A DNA stretch of 64,000 nucleotides from Lophium mytilinum (Eukaryota), in contig MU004203.1 of the NCBI GenBank assembly GCA_010093605.1, forward strand, positions 202,391-266,390. The letters run 5' to 3'. Positions 1-13,381 of this stretch are shown piece by piece (within the stretch, counting starts at the first letter, position 1; every line of letters begins with the position of its first letter). A program made the translations under genes and the position numbers. A model generated the notes under the pieces. That model ran no database searches. It saw only the letters and a program-made list of their open reading frames with translations, and was not told where the DNA came from.

Positions 1-2870
1 ATTAGTAAAGAAGTTAATAATAGCTTAGTATTACTATAGCTAGGTTATACTAAGAATATATTAATACTCTTTAAGGTCTAGAATATATATAGTTAGAGTA
101 CCTAATAGTGTATAGATTTTAAATAGGATCTCTAAGGCTTTTATACTAATTATAGTTATATCTAAAAGAAGTTTAACTACCTTAAAAGCTATTATTTTAA
201 TATTTCTTAGCTAATATTAAGTATGCTTTAGTAATATATAGATAGAATTAGCGCTATAGTTAATTAAGAAGGTAGTTCTTTTCTAATAGTTAGATAGTTT
301 TAAAGTTCCCTTATATTCTAAAAGATATTTACCTAGAAAGTTAAGGTAGTAGATTCTTTCTTCTATTAATTTAATAATAATTTAGTTAGAAGAATTATTA
401 AAGGGCGGCTAATTCTTCTCTATTATAAGTTTATAAAAAGTAAAAGTCTTATCTTTTAGATTAGTTAGTTACTCTAAGGCTACTAACCCTTCTAGTTTTC
501 TAATAGCTTTTTAGCTAGCTAAGTATAGTTATATTTAATATAGCCCTTCTTACTATAATTATAGTACTTATATATATTAGTATTCTATTAAGTATTACCT
601 TTACTACGTCTACTATAGCCTTAACTGCATTCTTAAGATCTAGTAGTATTTCTACCTTTAAAGGCGTTAAGTTTAGCATTATTTTTAGCGTCTAGATATT
701 TATATTTATTAGAATTAATATTAGTTTCTTAGAAGTAATTATTATCTAATTTTTTATTAGCCCTAGAGATAGTATTAAGGCGGCCCTAATAGTCTCTTAT
801 TCTCTTATACTAGAAGATCTAATACTTATTAGTAGTAGTAACCTACGCTATCTATTTATTAAAATTAAAAGGGGCCTATACTTAGGTATTAATATAAAAC
901 TTAAGGCTAGGTTTTAAACCTACGCGGGCATATTAATATACTTTAAGATTAGATAGAGCTATATTAAGAGAGTATATATAAGTAGCCCTAATAAGCTTAT
1001 TAAAGAACTACTAAGTACTAGTTATCTATACTATCTTATTAAAGTAATATTAGTATTACTCTAGTGTATCTATACTCTTATAGCAGCGGCTAAAGGTAGT
1101 AAAAAACTAATCTAATATAGTAAATTTAGTATTACCTTAGTAGTGCTATTAAATATCTTAATTCTATTAAATAGCTATAGTTCTAGCTATATAGCTACCG
1201 GCTAGCTAAATCTTTTAAGTTTCTAGTATCTACTAGTAAACCTATTAATAGGCGTCCGCTTATATAGTAATAAAGTTATATATCTAAACTATCTAGATAG
1301 AGTATATATTATTATTAACTTTATCTAACTATATAGTAGGAGTTCTTATAAGAACTTTAGATAGTATTATTAGGTAAGGTTCTCTTATAGCTAATATTTT
1401 CTTAAAGACTTATTAGAGCTTTTATATAGTTTATTTTAATAGAGTCTTATTATAGTCTAGTATTAGATAATCTAAGAAAGTATTAAATAATAGACTCTAG
1501 AAGTTAGTAGTACTTTAAGAAGTAGGCTACTACTAGAGGTTATCTAATATATTTTTAATATAGGCGTAGTAATTAGAAACTATAGCTTATAGCTATCTAG
1601 GTATAGTAGCCTACTACTATTATATAAAAGAAGCTAATATAGAACTAAAGAGTTCTAGTTTCTAGTAATTTATTATATACTCTATTATAGGGGCTTAAAA
1701 GTATTAATAGCTATCTAAAGAAGGTATAAATAATAGCCCTTAATAGATAAGCTCTAGATTATAGGCTAGGGCACTACTATAAATAATTAGAGGACCTTAA
1801 ACTAGTAGCTTAATAGATTCTAAAGTAGCAGCCTACTTAGTCTATAAGGCTAATATTAAATTAGATAGATTAAAAGATATAGTACTAAACTAAGAGAGTC
1901 TTTAAAAGAGTTCTTAAAGGTTAAAAGATAATCTATTAGAATAATAATATCTATTACTAGATATAAAAGAAAGCTAAGAGTTATAGAATATATAAGTAGA
2001 GAAAGAGTAGAAAAGAGTTAATAACTATAATATAATTAAAGTAAAGAGTAAGAAAAGAGTACTAAGATAGTAATATTAAGTTTCTTTCTTAAATACTTTT
2101 TAATATCTTATTAGAGAGGGAGAATTCTTAAAAGAACTCCTTTACCTTCTTCTTATAATTAACTTATAAGGATTTCTAATTACTATATAATTATTAGGCT
2201 CTATTAAGCTATAATATTATTCTTCTTACTATTCTACTATTAATCTTACTTTAGCAGCTAATAGAATATATAGTTAGTTGTATAGAAGTATTAAAAGAAA
2301 TAGAAAAATTCTATAGTAATATTCTAGCTAAGAGCTCTTTAGACCTATACTATTTAATTTTTATAAGAATATTTATAATAGGTAGTTATACTATAACGCC
2401 GGCCTAATACTAATTAGGGGCTATTATTAATAGTTATTATTAATTACTAATTAGGTTAATTTTTAGAAACTATTAATACAGCTTAGTATTATTATAATAA
2501 TCTAAAAATTCTACTAATTATAGAAGCTAATATCTTCTATTATTACTAAGGGTTAATTATAAGAATATAGCCTTAGCTAGCTCTACGCTATTAAGTTTAA
2601 GGATTTAATAGCCCTCTAAGAAGGCCTTAAAGGCAGCTAGAACTATAACTAAGCTACTAAATATAATATTTCTAATTATATAATATAAGAATTTAGAGAA
2701 TAATAGATATTAATTCTATATAGAAATCTAGCTAGGCTATATATATATTAGAGAGGCCTATATAGGCCTTAATTATACTAGATTTATATAGAAAAGTATT
2801 TCTATAGTAGATCTATATATTATATATATAATATCTAAATATTAACTATATATTAAGAATTCTATAATAG
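1..2870. repeat. RIP-degraded AT-rich repeat/transposon relic (family not recognisable)
   Basis: Extremely AT-rich, CpA/TpG almost absent, TpA in excess, no ORF >60 aa in any frame until ~2846. This is the classic repeat-induced point mutation signature. Sharp return to normal composition near 2870. Confidence 0.85.
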
Positions 2871-4137
2871 GTAATAATGCCGTTTAAGGTGGCCCCATTG
2901 CGTAATAGGAACCTTAGTACGATGTTATTTTCTAGACAGCTAAGATTGCATGAAGTCAATTCAGGAGGGTTTGGGAGGTGTTTGGTACCGTTTGAGGTAG
3001 CCCAATTTTCTGACGGGAATCTTGGGACGATGGATTGTTCCGGACAGTTCGGCCCTGACAAAGTCGAATCCCGAGGGTTTGAGACGCGCTTGCTACCGTC
3101 TGAGGTGGCTTGAAAGGGTCAGAATCTGCGAGCTACAATGTTAGAAGCGTGGATTTGAAGCGTTTTGTCATTTAAATAACGTCGCAGGAGGTCCCCTGCT
3201 TAACTGACTTGAAAGGGAATGCAATGTAAATGTCGGCAGCGCCTAGATCTTCACATACTGTTTCGGGGCGTTTTGGTAGATGGCTGACACCGTTTGATGC
3301 TCTTCAGAAAAGCGAATGGCGTAAAACGAAATGTTAACGTTCGGGGGCCCTAAACCTCATGGGGGTGATTTGCGGCATTTTGAGACGCCGTTAGCGTCGT
3401 TTGAAGGCCTTTAGCTAGTTGAGAAGATAAAAGATTCAATATAATGCGTCTAAAGCCTTGTATAGAGCGAGCGGTTTTATGAAGTCTTGAAAGGTAACTG
3501 GTAATGTTTGAGGTCCTTGAAAAGGGCTGGACATAGACGACACGATGTCATGGTTTGGAGGTCTAATATCTTATATGGTCGATTGGGGAGGGGTTGAAGA
3601 GTGGATGACGGCGTTTGAGAGACTCCAGTCGGGTGAATAATTGCAGCTATAGTGTGATGGTTTAGAGACCGTGAATTACGAGGGTGCCGATGGGCGGCAC
3701 AAATTAATAAGAATCCAAGGTGTACATGATAGATTTAGAAGCTCGTCATAGCCAGTCGAACTATCTCAAGCCGCGGTATCGGAACAGTAAAATGAATAGC
3801 AAGGGCGTAGGATGTTAAGTATGGTGTCGAGGGATAGTTTCTGTTGTATACGATACTAGGCTATTAAGTCTGGGCACCCGGAGTCATTGCTTGTCGGCTC
3901 CCATCTTGCTCGTTTGACACTGCTGAGATAGGTGGCGCAGCTGACTAGGCGCCAATGAATTAAGGAGCAGTCTGATATTCACTGGCTGGAATTTGTCATC
4001 ATGCTTAGATGTGTAAGACCTCATGGAGTAACCCCAAGCAGTGGTGTATAAATGCGCATAGACTCCTGGCTTGTCCCTGTAAAATGGAACATCTTTCGTA
4101 CTAACATTATACCGACGTATGAGACCATCCGACATGT

Positions 4138-5025
4138 CTACTGCTTCGTCAAGTCCTCCAAGAAACTCTCGAGATACGGCATGAAAGCATCCGGCGCCTC
4201 CCAAAACGGTGCATGATGCAGGCCTTCAAGCCTCACGCATTCACCCTTCCACAGATTGGCCCACTTGATCTCGTCCAAGTAATCGAGGTGGACAAACGGC
4301 TCAGCGCCTCCATTCACTACCGCTACAGTTACGGCGGTGTTCGTTTCAACCTCCTTCCGCTGATCGAGTCCACGACCTTGAACAAAGGCTCCGAACATGA
4401 CCTTCCGCGTACGCCCATCGGCACGCTTCACAGCATGGCGCATCCAAGGCTCGTATGGGACCGCGGTCGCGTGAGCAAAGTCGTCGATTTCGGTTTCCGT
4501 GAGAACCTCGCGGCCTGGTGGGAGGCGGGTTGGGTCACTGGGGAATTTGAAACCGAGGCAAATCTGGTCAAGGCCAAGGCACGGGGGCGTTCCAGTAATC
4601 ATGATTCCAAGGAGCGTTGTCTCCGGTGTAGTAGCGGTAGAAGAAGGGGCGAGAAGAGGCATCATTTCAATGGCAACGTGGCCGCCAAGGCTCCAGCCGA
4701 GGACCACAACATAAGAGATGCGGAGGTATTGAAGAAGTTGAGTTGCGGCAGCGGCGTAGGCAGCTTGGGTGTAGCTAGTGTCGGGATCTTCGGCGTTGGA
4801 GGAGGCGCCGTGGCCTGGGAGGTCGAGAGCGATGACGCGGTATCTCGTGGTAATTTGGGGTGCGTCGAAGACGGGGCGGAAGATTTGAGAGCTGGTAGAG
4901 TTACCGTGGATTAGGAGGAGAGTGGGTGCGTTTGAGGAGGTCGACGGCTCAGGTTTGGAATCGAAGTAGGCGATGGTCCCGTAACGTGTTACTAAGCTCG
5001 AAAGCTCAGGTACATGCGCATCCAT
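4138..5025 (-). CDS. Alpha/beta-fold hydrolase (intronless)
   Basis: ATG at 5025 (MDAHVPEL). Motifs LLLIHGNS, YRVIALDLPGHGAS, nucleophile elbow GWSLGG and C-terminal HAPFWEAP. Confidence 0.85.
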   Translation of the reverse strand: MDAHVPELSSLVTRYGTIAYFDSKPEPSTSSNAPTLLLIHGNSTSSQIFRPVFDAPQITTRYRVIALDLPGHGASSNAEDPDTSYTQAAYAAAATQLLQYLRISYVVVLGWSLGGHVAIEMMPLLAPSSTATTPETTLLGIMITGTPPCLGLDQICLGFKFPSDPTRLPPGREVLTETEIDDFAHATAVPYEPWMRHAVKRADGRTRKVMFGAFVQGRGLDQRKEVETNTAVTVAVVNGGAEPFVHLDYLDEIKWANLWKGECVRLEGLHHAPFWEAPDAFMPYLESFLEDLTKQ

Positions 5026-6781
5026 GATTGATTCTCGGAAGTACCAAAGTCTCTGTATCAACGGGAGTCGACTTTGTGTGCTGTGGTAGCACAATCTAGA
5101 GGCAAGGTTCCTCGAGGCTTGTGTGGACTTGGGCCTCAAAATTTGCCGCCTTTATAGGCCTTTTCCCGCAAGCGCGGACGCTTTCGGCAGTTTCTTCTAT
5201 AGGAATATAGAGCGACAAGAGTTTGGCGTTGAAACCCAGACAGCGACTTCCTATGCGATACACGAGCTTATCGATACTAGTGCAAAGAAGGTCAAACTCG
5301 GAGGCGTGGTAGCAAGAACCAGAATTCCAATGCTACCACAGGTTAGCAAACGGTTAAATTGGGGTTGAGAAGGCTAGTGCTGATGTAAGTTCAAATCCGA
5401 CGGATAAATCATACCTAAGACGGTGCGAGATTGATATATGGCACCCAAGGTGTTGAGACGTGCTGGAAATGAGGGGTATCTCGGCTGTGCTGATCACGAT
5501 ACGTGGTGTAAGGATTGCAATGACGTTAAGTATGACGGTATTTTTTACCTTTTGAGTCCAAAGGCAGCAGTCCACATCACCTTTCTGAAGTTCTGTTCAC
5601 GCTCTTTTCGTTGAGAATAGCGTTGTATAGGCCCTTGTTAGATAAGCAGCTTCTTGCTAGCTTCGCGCAGCACCACAAACCTCAACACCATGGAACTCAC
5701 CGTCTCGGAAAGGACGGCAGATCCGTCCGCATCACTCCTCATACTCACAAGCGGAGCATTCTTTATGCTCGAAGCAGCTATGTGCGCTAAATGGATCTCG
5801 CCATGATAAAAATGATGCGGATAATACCCAGACTTACAGAAGTTTCTTGCAGCATCATAGAGGCTACAAGGGCCTGGGCACTATACTGGGACGCATGTGA
5901 GCCTTGTATAGACTATACTGCTACCTCGAGACTGCTTTAACGTGTATAAAGTAGACATGCATGGACATGAGATAAAGAAGCGACGTGGCCAGTCGGTCAC
6001 GTGAGTCTATAGAACGACATAGAACGGTCAAATGGCTAATACATACAAGGGATCTGTAGATGATTTCTATTGCCGTAATGGTAGGCCTGGGGAACGAATT
6101 CCTAACAAACAGCATCATGATGCAATGGCGCTGGCGAAAGACATGTGGCGCGCTGCGAGTTGGGGGCCGATGAGGCTGTGCCTGCATGGACCATCTGGAA
6201 CTCCGCATTCTGGTGATGCGTGCAGATACTCCAGGCCAATGTCAAGAACAAAACATCACTAGAGCGGCCTATAACAAGGCAGACTTGAAACACGATGAAT
6301 ATATAATAGTGTTGTGTGTCTTAAGCAGCGTCCACATATGCACAGAGCAAGGCGCAGTCGAGTTTCTGCGAGGCTGCTCGCATTGACATCATGGTGTGGC
6401 ACCAGAATCCTTCTAGAAGATTGCCGCAATGAGTTAGGTAAGATCAGCCTTCGATCCCACTAATTCCACCCCGCCGGCATCGAGTGAGCCTTGCGGCGCC
6501 TTTGCAACCAACCACCATCCAACACCAAACCAAGGCGAAGCAAGCATCAAGCCATCTTTGCCACGGCTCCGCCTCAGGCTGCTTCCGGCTATCACTTTCT
6601 TAGCCCCCGGTGTGAGCTGTGCACCAGTGAACGCTGCGACATCTGACCACCTTCGTCACTTCCCAACCTTTGTATTGGAGACCCGCTCCTGTATATTTAG
6701 GCTCTCCCAAACCTGTCTTCTTTGGGTTCCAACAATTTCTATGACTTCCTACTATCCCTTATGAATACCTACGTCTAAATC

Positions 6782-9115
6782 ATGAAGCTTGAAAAACCCG
6801 CGCCGCAGACAGGAGGCACGCTACCACACGACTCGGTGCTGGCCTCCTCCGCTTCCAACTCCAACTCGGACAATGCCCGCCCGCCATCATACCACGCAGA
6901 GGACCAAGAGCCGCCAAACCAGATTCCAGAGGACCTAAGCGGAAGGCTGCGCAACTTGAATCTTAGCCAACCTGTGGCAATCCAAACACCGACCAGCGAC
7001 CAATTAATTGCCCACCTTAAGCTTCTCGAAGCCTTCTGGAAGCTGAAAGAGGAGGTCGGCAAGTGGGATGGCCTGTTCGATATCTCTGATCCAGCTGGCC
7101 ACCTGGCAGAAGATGCAGATTCGAGAGCTAAAGTGTGCGAGAAGAGATGGGCTGTATATGTCGCGCGAGCCGTCGACCGCTTCGAAGCTTGGTGGACTCG
7201 ATGCATTCCGCAGTCGAAGGGTGGGCGGGGATGCGGGAAACTACGACTTGCCAACCTGACCACCGACAAGTCAATTCATCTCGTTGCGGGCGAGGGACAG
7301 CCGCTGGCCTATTTGACAGACCGCAATCACCTTCCGCCTCTTGGTAAGTAGTCATCGTCTATTGAACCTTAAAGGGTGAGAGTACTAACGCTTTCAGATG
7401 TTATCATGGTCTGGCACTCTTTCTTACTCAACCCCCGATGCTTTTTCGAAGACTGCTTGCGTCTCGGAAAGATAGACTTCTATACCACAGGGATGCCGTG
7501 GGGCGCTGTCGATGCCCTCATTGATCCCGTCACGTTCGATTACACACCCAGCGACGAAGCCAGAGCCCACTTCGAAGGCATGACTGGATGTCTCTGGGAC
7601 AATCTCCAAGACCCTCTAGCCAAGAACCTGCAATGCCCAGCTTGCAAGAACGATGTCACCGTGCCTTGGACCGCTCGAAGTGGTTTCGTTTCCACGTCTA
7701 AGTTCGAGCTTGGTAACGGGTTGGCAGACAACGATTTTACCGCTGTGTGCGAAGGCTGCAAGTTTACCATTACACACGAAGCCCTCCGTGTTGCGAAATT
7801 CCGTCGCGATGTTCAGGCCCTTCTTTTCGAAGACCTGCCACTTCCCGGCACGGTACTCCAAGTCGATGGCGCGCCGATGAAGCTTCGTACCGTCGGCAAA
7901 TCAGTTCTTCCCGAATGCACGTTCCCTTCATATATCGTCACCGCAGGTCTTAGCGGCGCTATCATGGAGACTACTGATCCCAAAGGGAACCCGCTCTGTA
8001 CAGTTGACTCAATCAAAAACATCTTCGAGCAAGGCGTTACAGACAAGAAACTAGTCAGAAAAGTTCAAAAGGCCTCCCTCGTCTACCGCCACGAGAAAGT
8101 CGCCATCCGCCGCATGATGTCTCGCTACTGGTACAACTCCTCCCCCTTCGCCCTCGACCTCACCGGCGCCGTCATCCGCCAGGGCTCCTTCGTCGACAAA
8201 ATGCACGCCATCGACTGGCTACACTCACCCGCCCTCTCCGCAACTACAACCCGCTGCCTCATAAAATACACACGCTTCTTCTCCATCATGGCACTCCACC
8301 CCCACAAAGTCGCCGTCCCCACCCTCGACGTCGACCTCGCCTGGCACACGCACCAAACCGCCCCAGCCCTCTACTACCTCTACTCGCAATCCAAAACGCG
8401 CAAGCTGATCGACCACGACGACAAGATCGAAGAAAGCGCCCTCAACGACGCCTTCATCTGGACCTCGCGCACCTACCAAGACAAATACATGGAGCCCTAC
8501 AGCGAATGCACGTGCTGGTACTGCGAAGCCGTCCGCGAGACCCGTATCAGCGGCTTCTCGAAGCTCTTCAAGAGCAACAACTACCAGACCTCCGAGAGCG
8601 TCCACGATATCCCAGGCGTCGCTAACGATCCTGCAACCGCCCCGCATATCAGCGCGCATAATGTCGTGCATGACTCGTCGGTCGTCGCGAAGAATAAGAA
8701 TAGGGTTAAGGCTGCGAGTATGGATGCCGCGTACCATTCTGCCTGTGCGCGGGCGCGGAAGAAGGGTCGTCCGGAACCGAGGCGTGATGATTATTTTTAT
8801 TATTATGCGTGGGGTTATCCGATTATGTATCCGATGTATATGCCGTACTATGTTGATCCGTGTGTTGGGGGTGCGGCGGGCGCTGGAGTCTATCCTTGCG
8901 ACTATGGCAATGTGGATTCGAGCAGTGGAGCGGTGGGGTCTTGTGCTGCTGGGACGTGTGGTGGCATGGCGAGCTTTGGAGGTGGGAGCTGTGCTGCTTC
9001 TGCAGGAGGCTGCGGAGGTGGTGGAGGCGGGGGCGGCTGCGGAGGGGGCGGAGGATGTGGTGGTGGTGGAGGTGGAGGAGGAGGGGGTTGCGGTGGCGGA
9101 GGAGGAGGGGGTTGA
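6782..9115 (+). CDS. Glycine-rich domain-containing protein (DUF1399/GRDP-like), 2 exons
   Basis: Intron 7344-7397 (GTAAGT...CTAAC...CAG) joins LPPL-D-VIMVWHSFLLNPR. Motifs VIRQGSFVDKMH, VPTLDVDLAWHTHQ, IDHDDK, CTCWYCE, PHISAHN and a C-terminal Gly/Cys tail. Confidence 0.88.
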
Positions 9116-9455
9116 GCAATGTAGAGGACGATCTTGGGGTTTGGGAGTTGGTATACCTGTGATGCTTCTCGTATTTCTAGTGGAAATCGTATATTGTTTC
9201 GTTTTCTACGTCTTCATTTAGTTCACGCGGTGTAAATCATCTCTGTATACATATATTGACGGTGGATATGACTAGTTTTAACCCTGACTCTGTACTTTCT
9301 AGTGAAAACAATGGATCATCTCAAAAAGCATCGCATGCCGCTCAGCAGGCTATAGTATGAGCGCTTCGATGATGAGCTTTATTAACACGTGACTGGGGTA
9401 GAATACCTAGCCTAAATGGTCTTAGCTTCCTGGACTTGGCTTTTCCTCCAGTGTC

Positions 9456-10150
9456 GGCCGTACCGCGTTTCCCTAGTTCCTGAACGCCGAATCAGCACCG
9501 AGCCAGCAGCATCTCTACAGCAACGCGATGCAGCAGCTGACTCTGCGTATGTGCCATGCCCAGGCGTAGGCAAAGTTGCATCCATCTTCAAGTTATTGCA
9601 ATAACTTGGAGTTTTTCCGAACATAAATAATTTATCCGAACATGAACAGTTAATCCGAACAGCGCCCCAACAGCGGCCAACAGCAACCAACAGAGGCCAA
9701 TAATTGCATGGGCAGCAGCAGCATAGTATACAGGCATGCTAACCATAATACTACTTATACGTGATAAAGATTGTCTAAGGTAAACTTTCTTAGCTAGGAA
9801 TTATTAGATGCTTTTCATCTTAATGGCGTTGTTACCTATTAAAAGGGAGCTCTAGCGAAATCTTTAGTGATGTATAAGACTACTAGTTGCATACTAATAC
9901 CGAATTTACGCCGAACATGAAATTCTAGCGAATATGAAGTTACGCTATAACATACTCTTATACTAAACCTAGAATTTTGTAGAAGATACACAGTTAGGGG
10001 AACTATACAGTTAACGCGAATATAGTTAGATAGAATATGCTATTAACACGGCGTTCTCTATAACTACGGGTAGGCACGTGATGCGCCGCGGAGATGTTGC
10101 CTACTCCGTGCCAGCTCCGTGTTCGTGATCTAGGGAAACGCCATACGGTC
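9456..10150. mobile_element. Degenerate non-autonomous TIR element (~695 bp)
   Basis: Imperfect terminal inverted repeats 9456-9515 and 10091-10150 (43/60 identical by eye, core GCGTTTCCCTAG). Interior AT-rich, RIP-like, with repeated CCGAACAT motifs. No clean TSD. Confidence 0.65.
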
Positions 10151-10340
10151 TCTAGCTCAGCAACGACCATCATTGCGATGTTGTATCTGCCACAATCTCG
10201 GTTACATGACTCAATTTGTTGAGCTGGGCAACTAGTAGCACCAAAGATGTCACACGGCGTGGCAAAAAAAGTACAACCATATTCCCGGACAAAGCCAAGA
10301 CTACGAATTCCACTCAGCCGTTTCAGCGCTTGACTTCGCA

Positions 10341-12684
10341 ATGGACAAGACGGAAGACCTCGCGCCGGCGACGCCTAAACCAGAGGATGGATCTTTCGAT
10401 ATGGAGGACTCGGAGTCCATGATGCTTGATGATGATCTCCCCTTTCAAGACCGGCGGTATGAACCCAATTTTATCGATGGCGTCGAGGACATTGAGGACT
10501 ATTGTCTGGGTGGCTTCTTTCCCGTGCATCTCGGGGACAGACTTGGAGACAAAGATCGGTATCGGGTCGTCCACAAGCTTGGTAGTGGCGGGTTGGCTAC
10601 CGTGTGGCTTTGCCGGGATCTTGAGACGGAAAAGTATGTTGCTTTGAAGATCATCATTGCCGACCAGTCTCGGGAAGACGGTCCTGACTTGAAACTATCG
10701 AAGCTTGGCAATGCTGGAATTGGAGAGCTCGCTTTACCACTGGCACACTTCTGGGTTGAAGGGCCGAATGGTCGGCATCTCTGCTTGGTTCTCCCTGTCT
10801 TTGGTCCCCGAGTGGATGACATTTGGGAACGGTTTGACAATCCTGGCGAAGCCTTGAGATCCATCGCAATGCAAGCCACAAGGGGACTTCACTTTCTTCA
10901 TAGCAATGGCTTATGCCATGGTGGTTAGCACTTCATCCTTATTCTATATGTCACGGAACAAGGAGCTGTAGGCCGTGTACGTGATGTATTGGATGAATGA
11001 TGATTGATTTGTCGAAGAGAGAGAGGTCTGGAGGAAGGTGAGGCTATATACAAGAGGTAACACGTGCCTGCCGTAGCCCTCACCGCTACTCCCTGACAGT
11101 TGCCGCCCCAAAGAATAGCAGGCGTCCCCGTCTGCTGCCCATCAAAACAAAAAGAAAACAGGGAAAGGGGAAGTAGGTGGCGTAGAGGTGAAAGAGCTGT
11201 ACAGGCTAGACAAGGCGTACATGGTGTGCTGATAGAGTGGTGATAGAGGAATTCGCTGTTGACGTGCTATTGATAATGCCGAAGTTGTTCAAGGAGGCGT
11301 TGTTTAAGGAGGCGTTGTTTAAGGAAGCGTTGTTCGAGGCGTACAAATAGGCGATGTTGATGGTGATGGCAATGTAGATGGCGATGGCGATGCCGATGCC
11401 GATGGCAATAGGTCGGGAGAGGTCGTTCGCAGTGCTGCTATAGAACAAAGCGTACGAGGAGTAGGAAAGAGGAAGCAAAAAAGGGGGTGGTCGATAGAGA
11501 ATCGTCCGCGGCGCTGCTGTAGAACGGAGCGTACGAGAGGTAGACAATACTGCTGTAGAGCAAGGTCTCGGGAGAGTAGTTAGGTGTGTAGTGGTCGATA
11601 GAGAATCGTCCGCGGCGCTGCTGTAGAACGGAGGGTACGAGAGGTAGACAATACTGCTATAGAGCAAGGTCTTGGGAGAGTGGTTGTACTCAGTGCTGCT
11701 GTAGAACAAAGAGTGTGGGTGGGTGTTTTTTTCCGAGAGATCTTTGGATCGATGCTGCTCAGCTACCAACTGTCACGGAACAAGGAGCTGTAGGCCGTGT
11801 ACGTGATGTATTGGATGAATGATGATTGATTTGTCGAAGAGAGAGAGGTCTGGAGGAAGGTGAGGCTATATACAAGAGGTAACACGTGCCTGCCGTAGCC
11901 CTCACCGCTACTCCCTGACACTATATCACGGGCGATGTAGCTAACATTATTCCAAGATTTCCGTCCTGCAAATATTTTGCTCAAGATATCTAATTTAGAC
12001 CATCTCAGCGAGGAGCAAGTTGTGGAAGCGCTCGGCAAACCTGAGCTGAAGGACATTCGCACAACGACAGGCGAGGACCCCGAGCCGATGGCCCCGAAGT
12101 ACACTGTAACACCGATATCCTGGGCCGAAGTGGACCGGAAGTATCTAACTAATGAGATTTCGATAATCGATTTCGGTGAATCGTTCGACATCGCAAGCCC
12201 TCCCAAGGAATTGGGTACGCCAACCGCCTACTGCTCGCCTGAAGTCTTATTCGATAGCTCGCCTAATCTGGCAAGCGACCTCTGGGCTCTGGCGTGCACG
12301 ATCTCTGAGATACGCTCCGGCCGGCGCCTTTTCCGCGACTGGGACGGAGATGGCGAAGACCCCAAGTTCCAAATGGTCCAACTGCTAGGGAAGTTTCCTG
12401 AACCTTGGTGGTCTTCTTGGGAAACCCGGGAAAACTGGTTTGACGATGAAGGCAACCCATTTACCACAGAGAGAGGAAATCTCTCCGTTGGGGGTGCGAG
12501 GACGATTGAAGGGTACTTGGCTGAGGGACTTCACTACAAGATTTTGGAGGAACCGAGGGACCTTACGATACCCGCTGAAGAGGGAAGGCTGTTGGCAGAC
12601 CTTCTAGGGCAGCTGTTGAGGTATGACCCCAAGGAGCGGATCACGACTGCAGCTGTGCTAGAGCACTCGTGGTTCAAGATGTAG
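10341..12684 (+). CDS. SRPK-like (CMGC) Ser/Thr protein kinase, 2 exons (10341-10923, 11957-12684)
   Basis: Exon 1 has Y..GGFFPVHLGD, KLGSGGLATVWL, VALKI and GPNGRHLCLV. Splicing GTTAGC(10924)...GCTAAC...AAG(11956) restores the catalytic loop HGDFRPANIL. Exon 2 has IIDFGES, YCSPE, SDLWALAC and YDPKER. Confidence 0.88.
10949..11920 (-). mobile_element. TRIM (terminal-repeat retrotransposon in miniature), non-autonomous LTR element in kinase intron
   Basis: Two apparently identical 150-bp LTRs (10949-11098, 11771-11920) with TGTCA...TGACA ends. 5-bp TSD CTATA (10944-10948, 11921-11925). 672-bp interior. On the minus strand, PBS-like TGGTAGCTG just inside the 5' LTR and G-rich GGGGCGGC before the 3' LTR. 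Confidence 0.93.
11487..11685. repeat. ~95-bp direct repeat (period 104) inside TRIM
   Basis: GTGGTCGATAGAGAATCGTCCGCGGCGCTGCTGTAGAACGGAG... present at 11487 and 11591 with few substitutions. Confidence 0.85.
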
Positions 12685-13381
12685 GACATAGAGCTTGGAA
12701 GAGCTGGGTTCATATAAAGCAGTTATCTAATATACCCTAGTAGTAGGTCTGTGAGCTGAACGTCAACAGGGCTCATATGTTAGTAACTGCAGGGGCACTG
12801 CATGTATCTAGAATTCTTAAAAGTGCAACAGTGGGACAAATGACCATGAGGCAGGTGGATAGGGAAACTCGATATGCAGAGAAATCCATTCCCAAGAACA
12901 GTATGCGCAAGCACATTGTGGTATATACTACGGCTAGAAAGCACTCTTGGAGTGGCGTAGACTGAAATCGTGCGGCGAGAAACCAGACGTAGGGTATAGT
13001 CACATGACTACTCTAGGCCTATACTGCTCTAGCGTCAAGGCTCAGCCTCTCTGCCTCACATCGAAGCATCAACCATCACTCAACCCAGCTCTTCAAGCAA
13101 TATCTATGTCCCTTTCGCGCCGTAGCAACAACGTTGGTTGACCCTCTTGGCAGCCCTTTCGTCTCTCTTCTTTCACTTCTTAGAACGACGCAAAACGAAT
13201 CTCAGCCTTGCCGATATCTATCGTTGCTTTTGTCAGCCTCGCAGCGAGAGATGCTGTCGACGATGATGTTCTGATGTTCTGACGCTACATCCCAACTCCA
13301 TTCATTCTGCCTCTTCAATTCAAATTCTCATTCCGTCTATGTGGTTTCCCTAGTCAGGCACACGAAGGCAAGGCTGTCATC

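Noticed and set aside
11206..11769. 187-aa minus-strand ORF inside the TRIM
   Set aside because: Non-ATG start, low-complexity repeat-derived sequence, no gag/pol motif.
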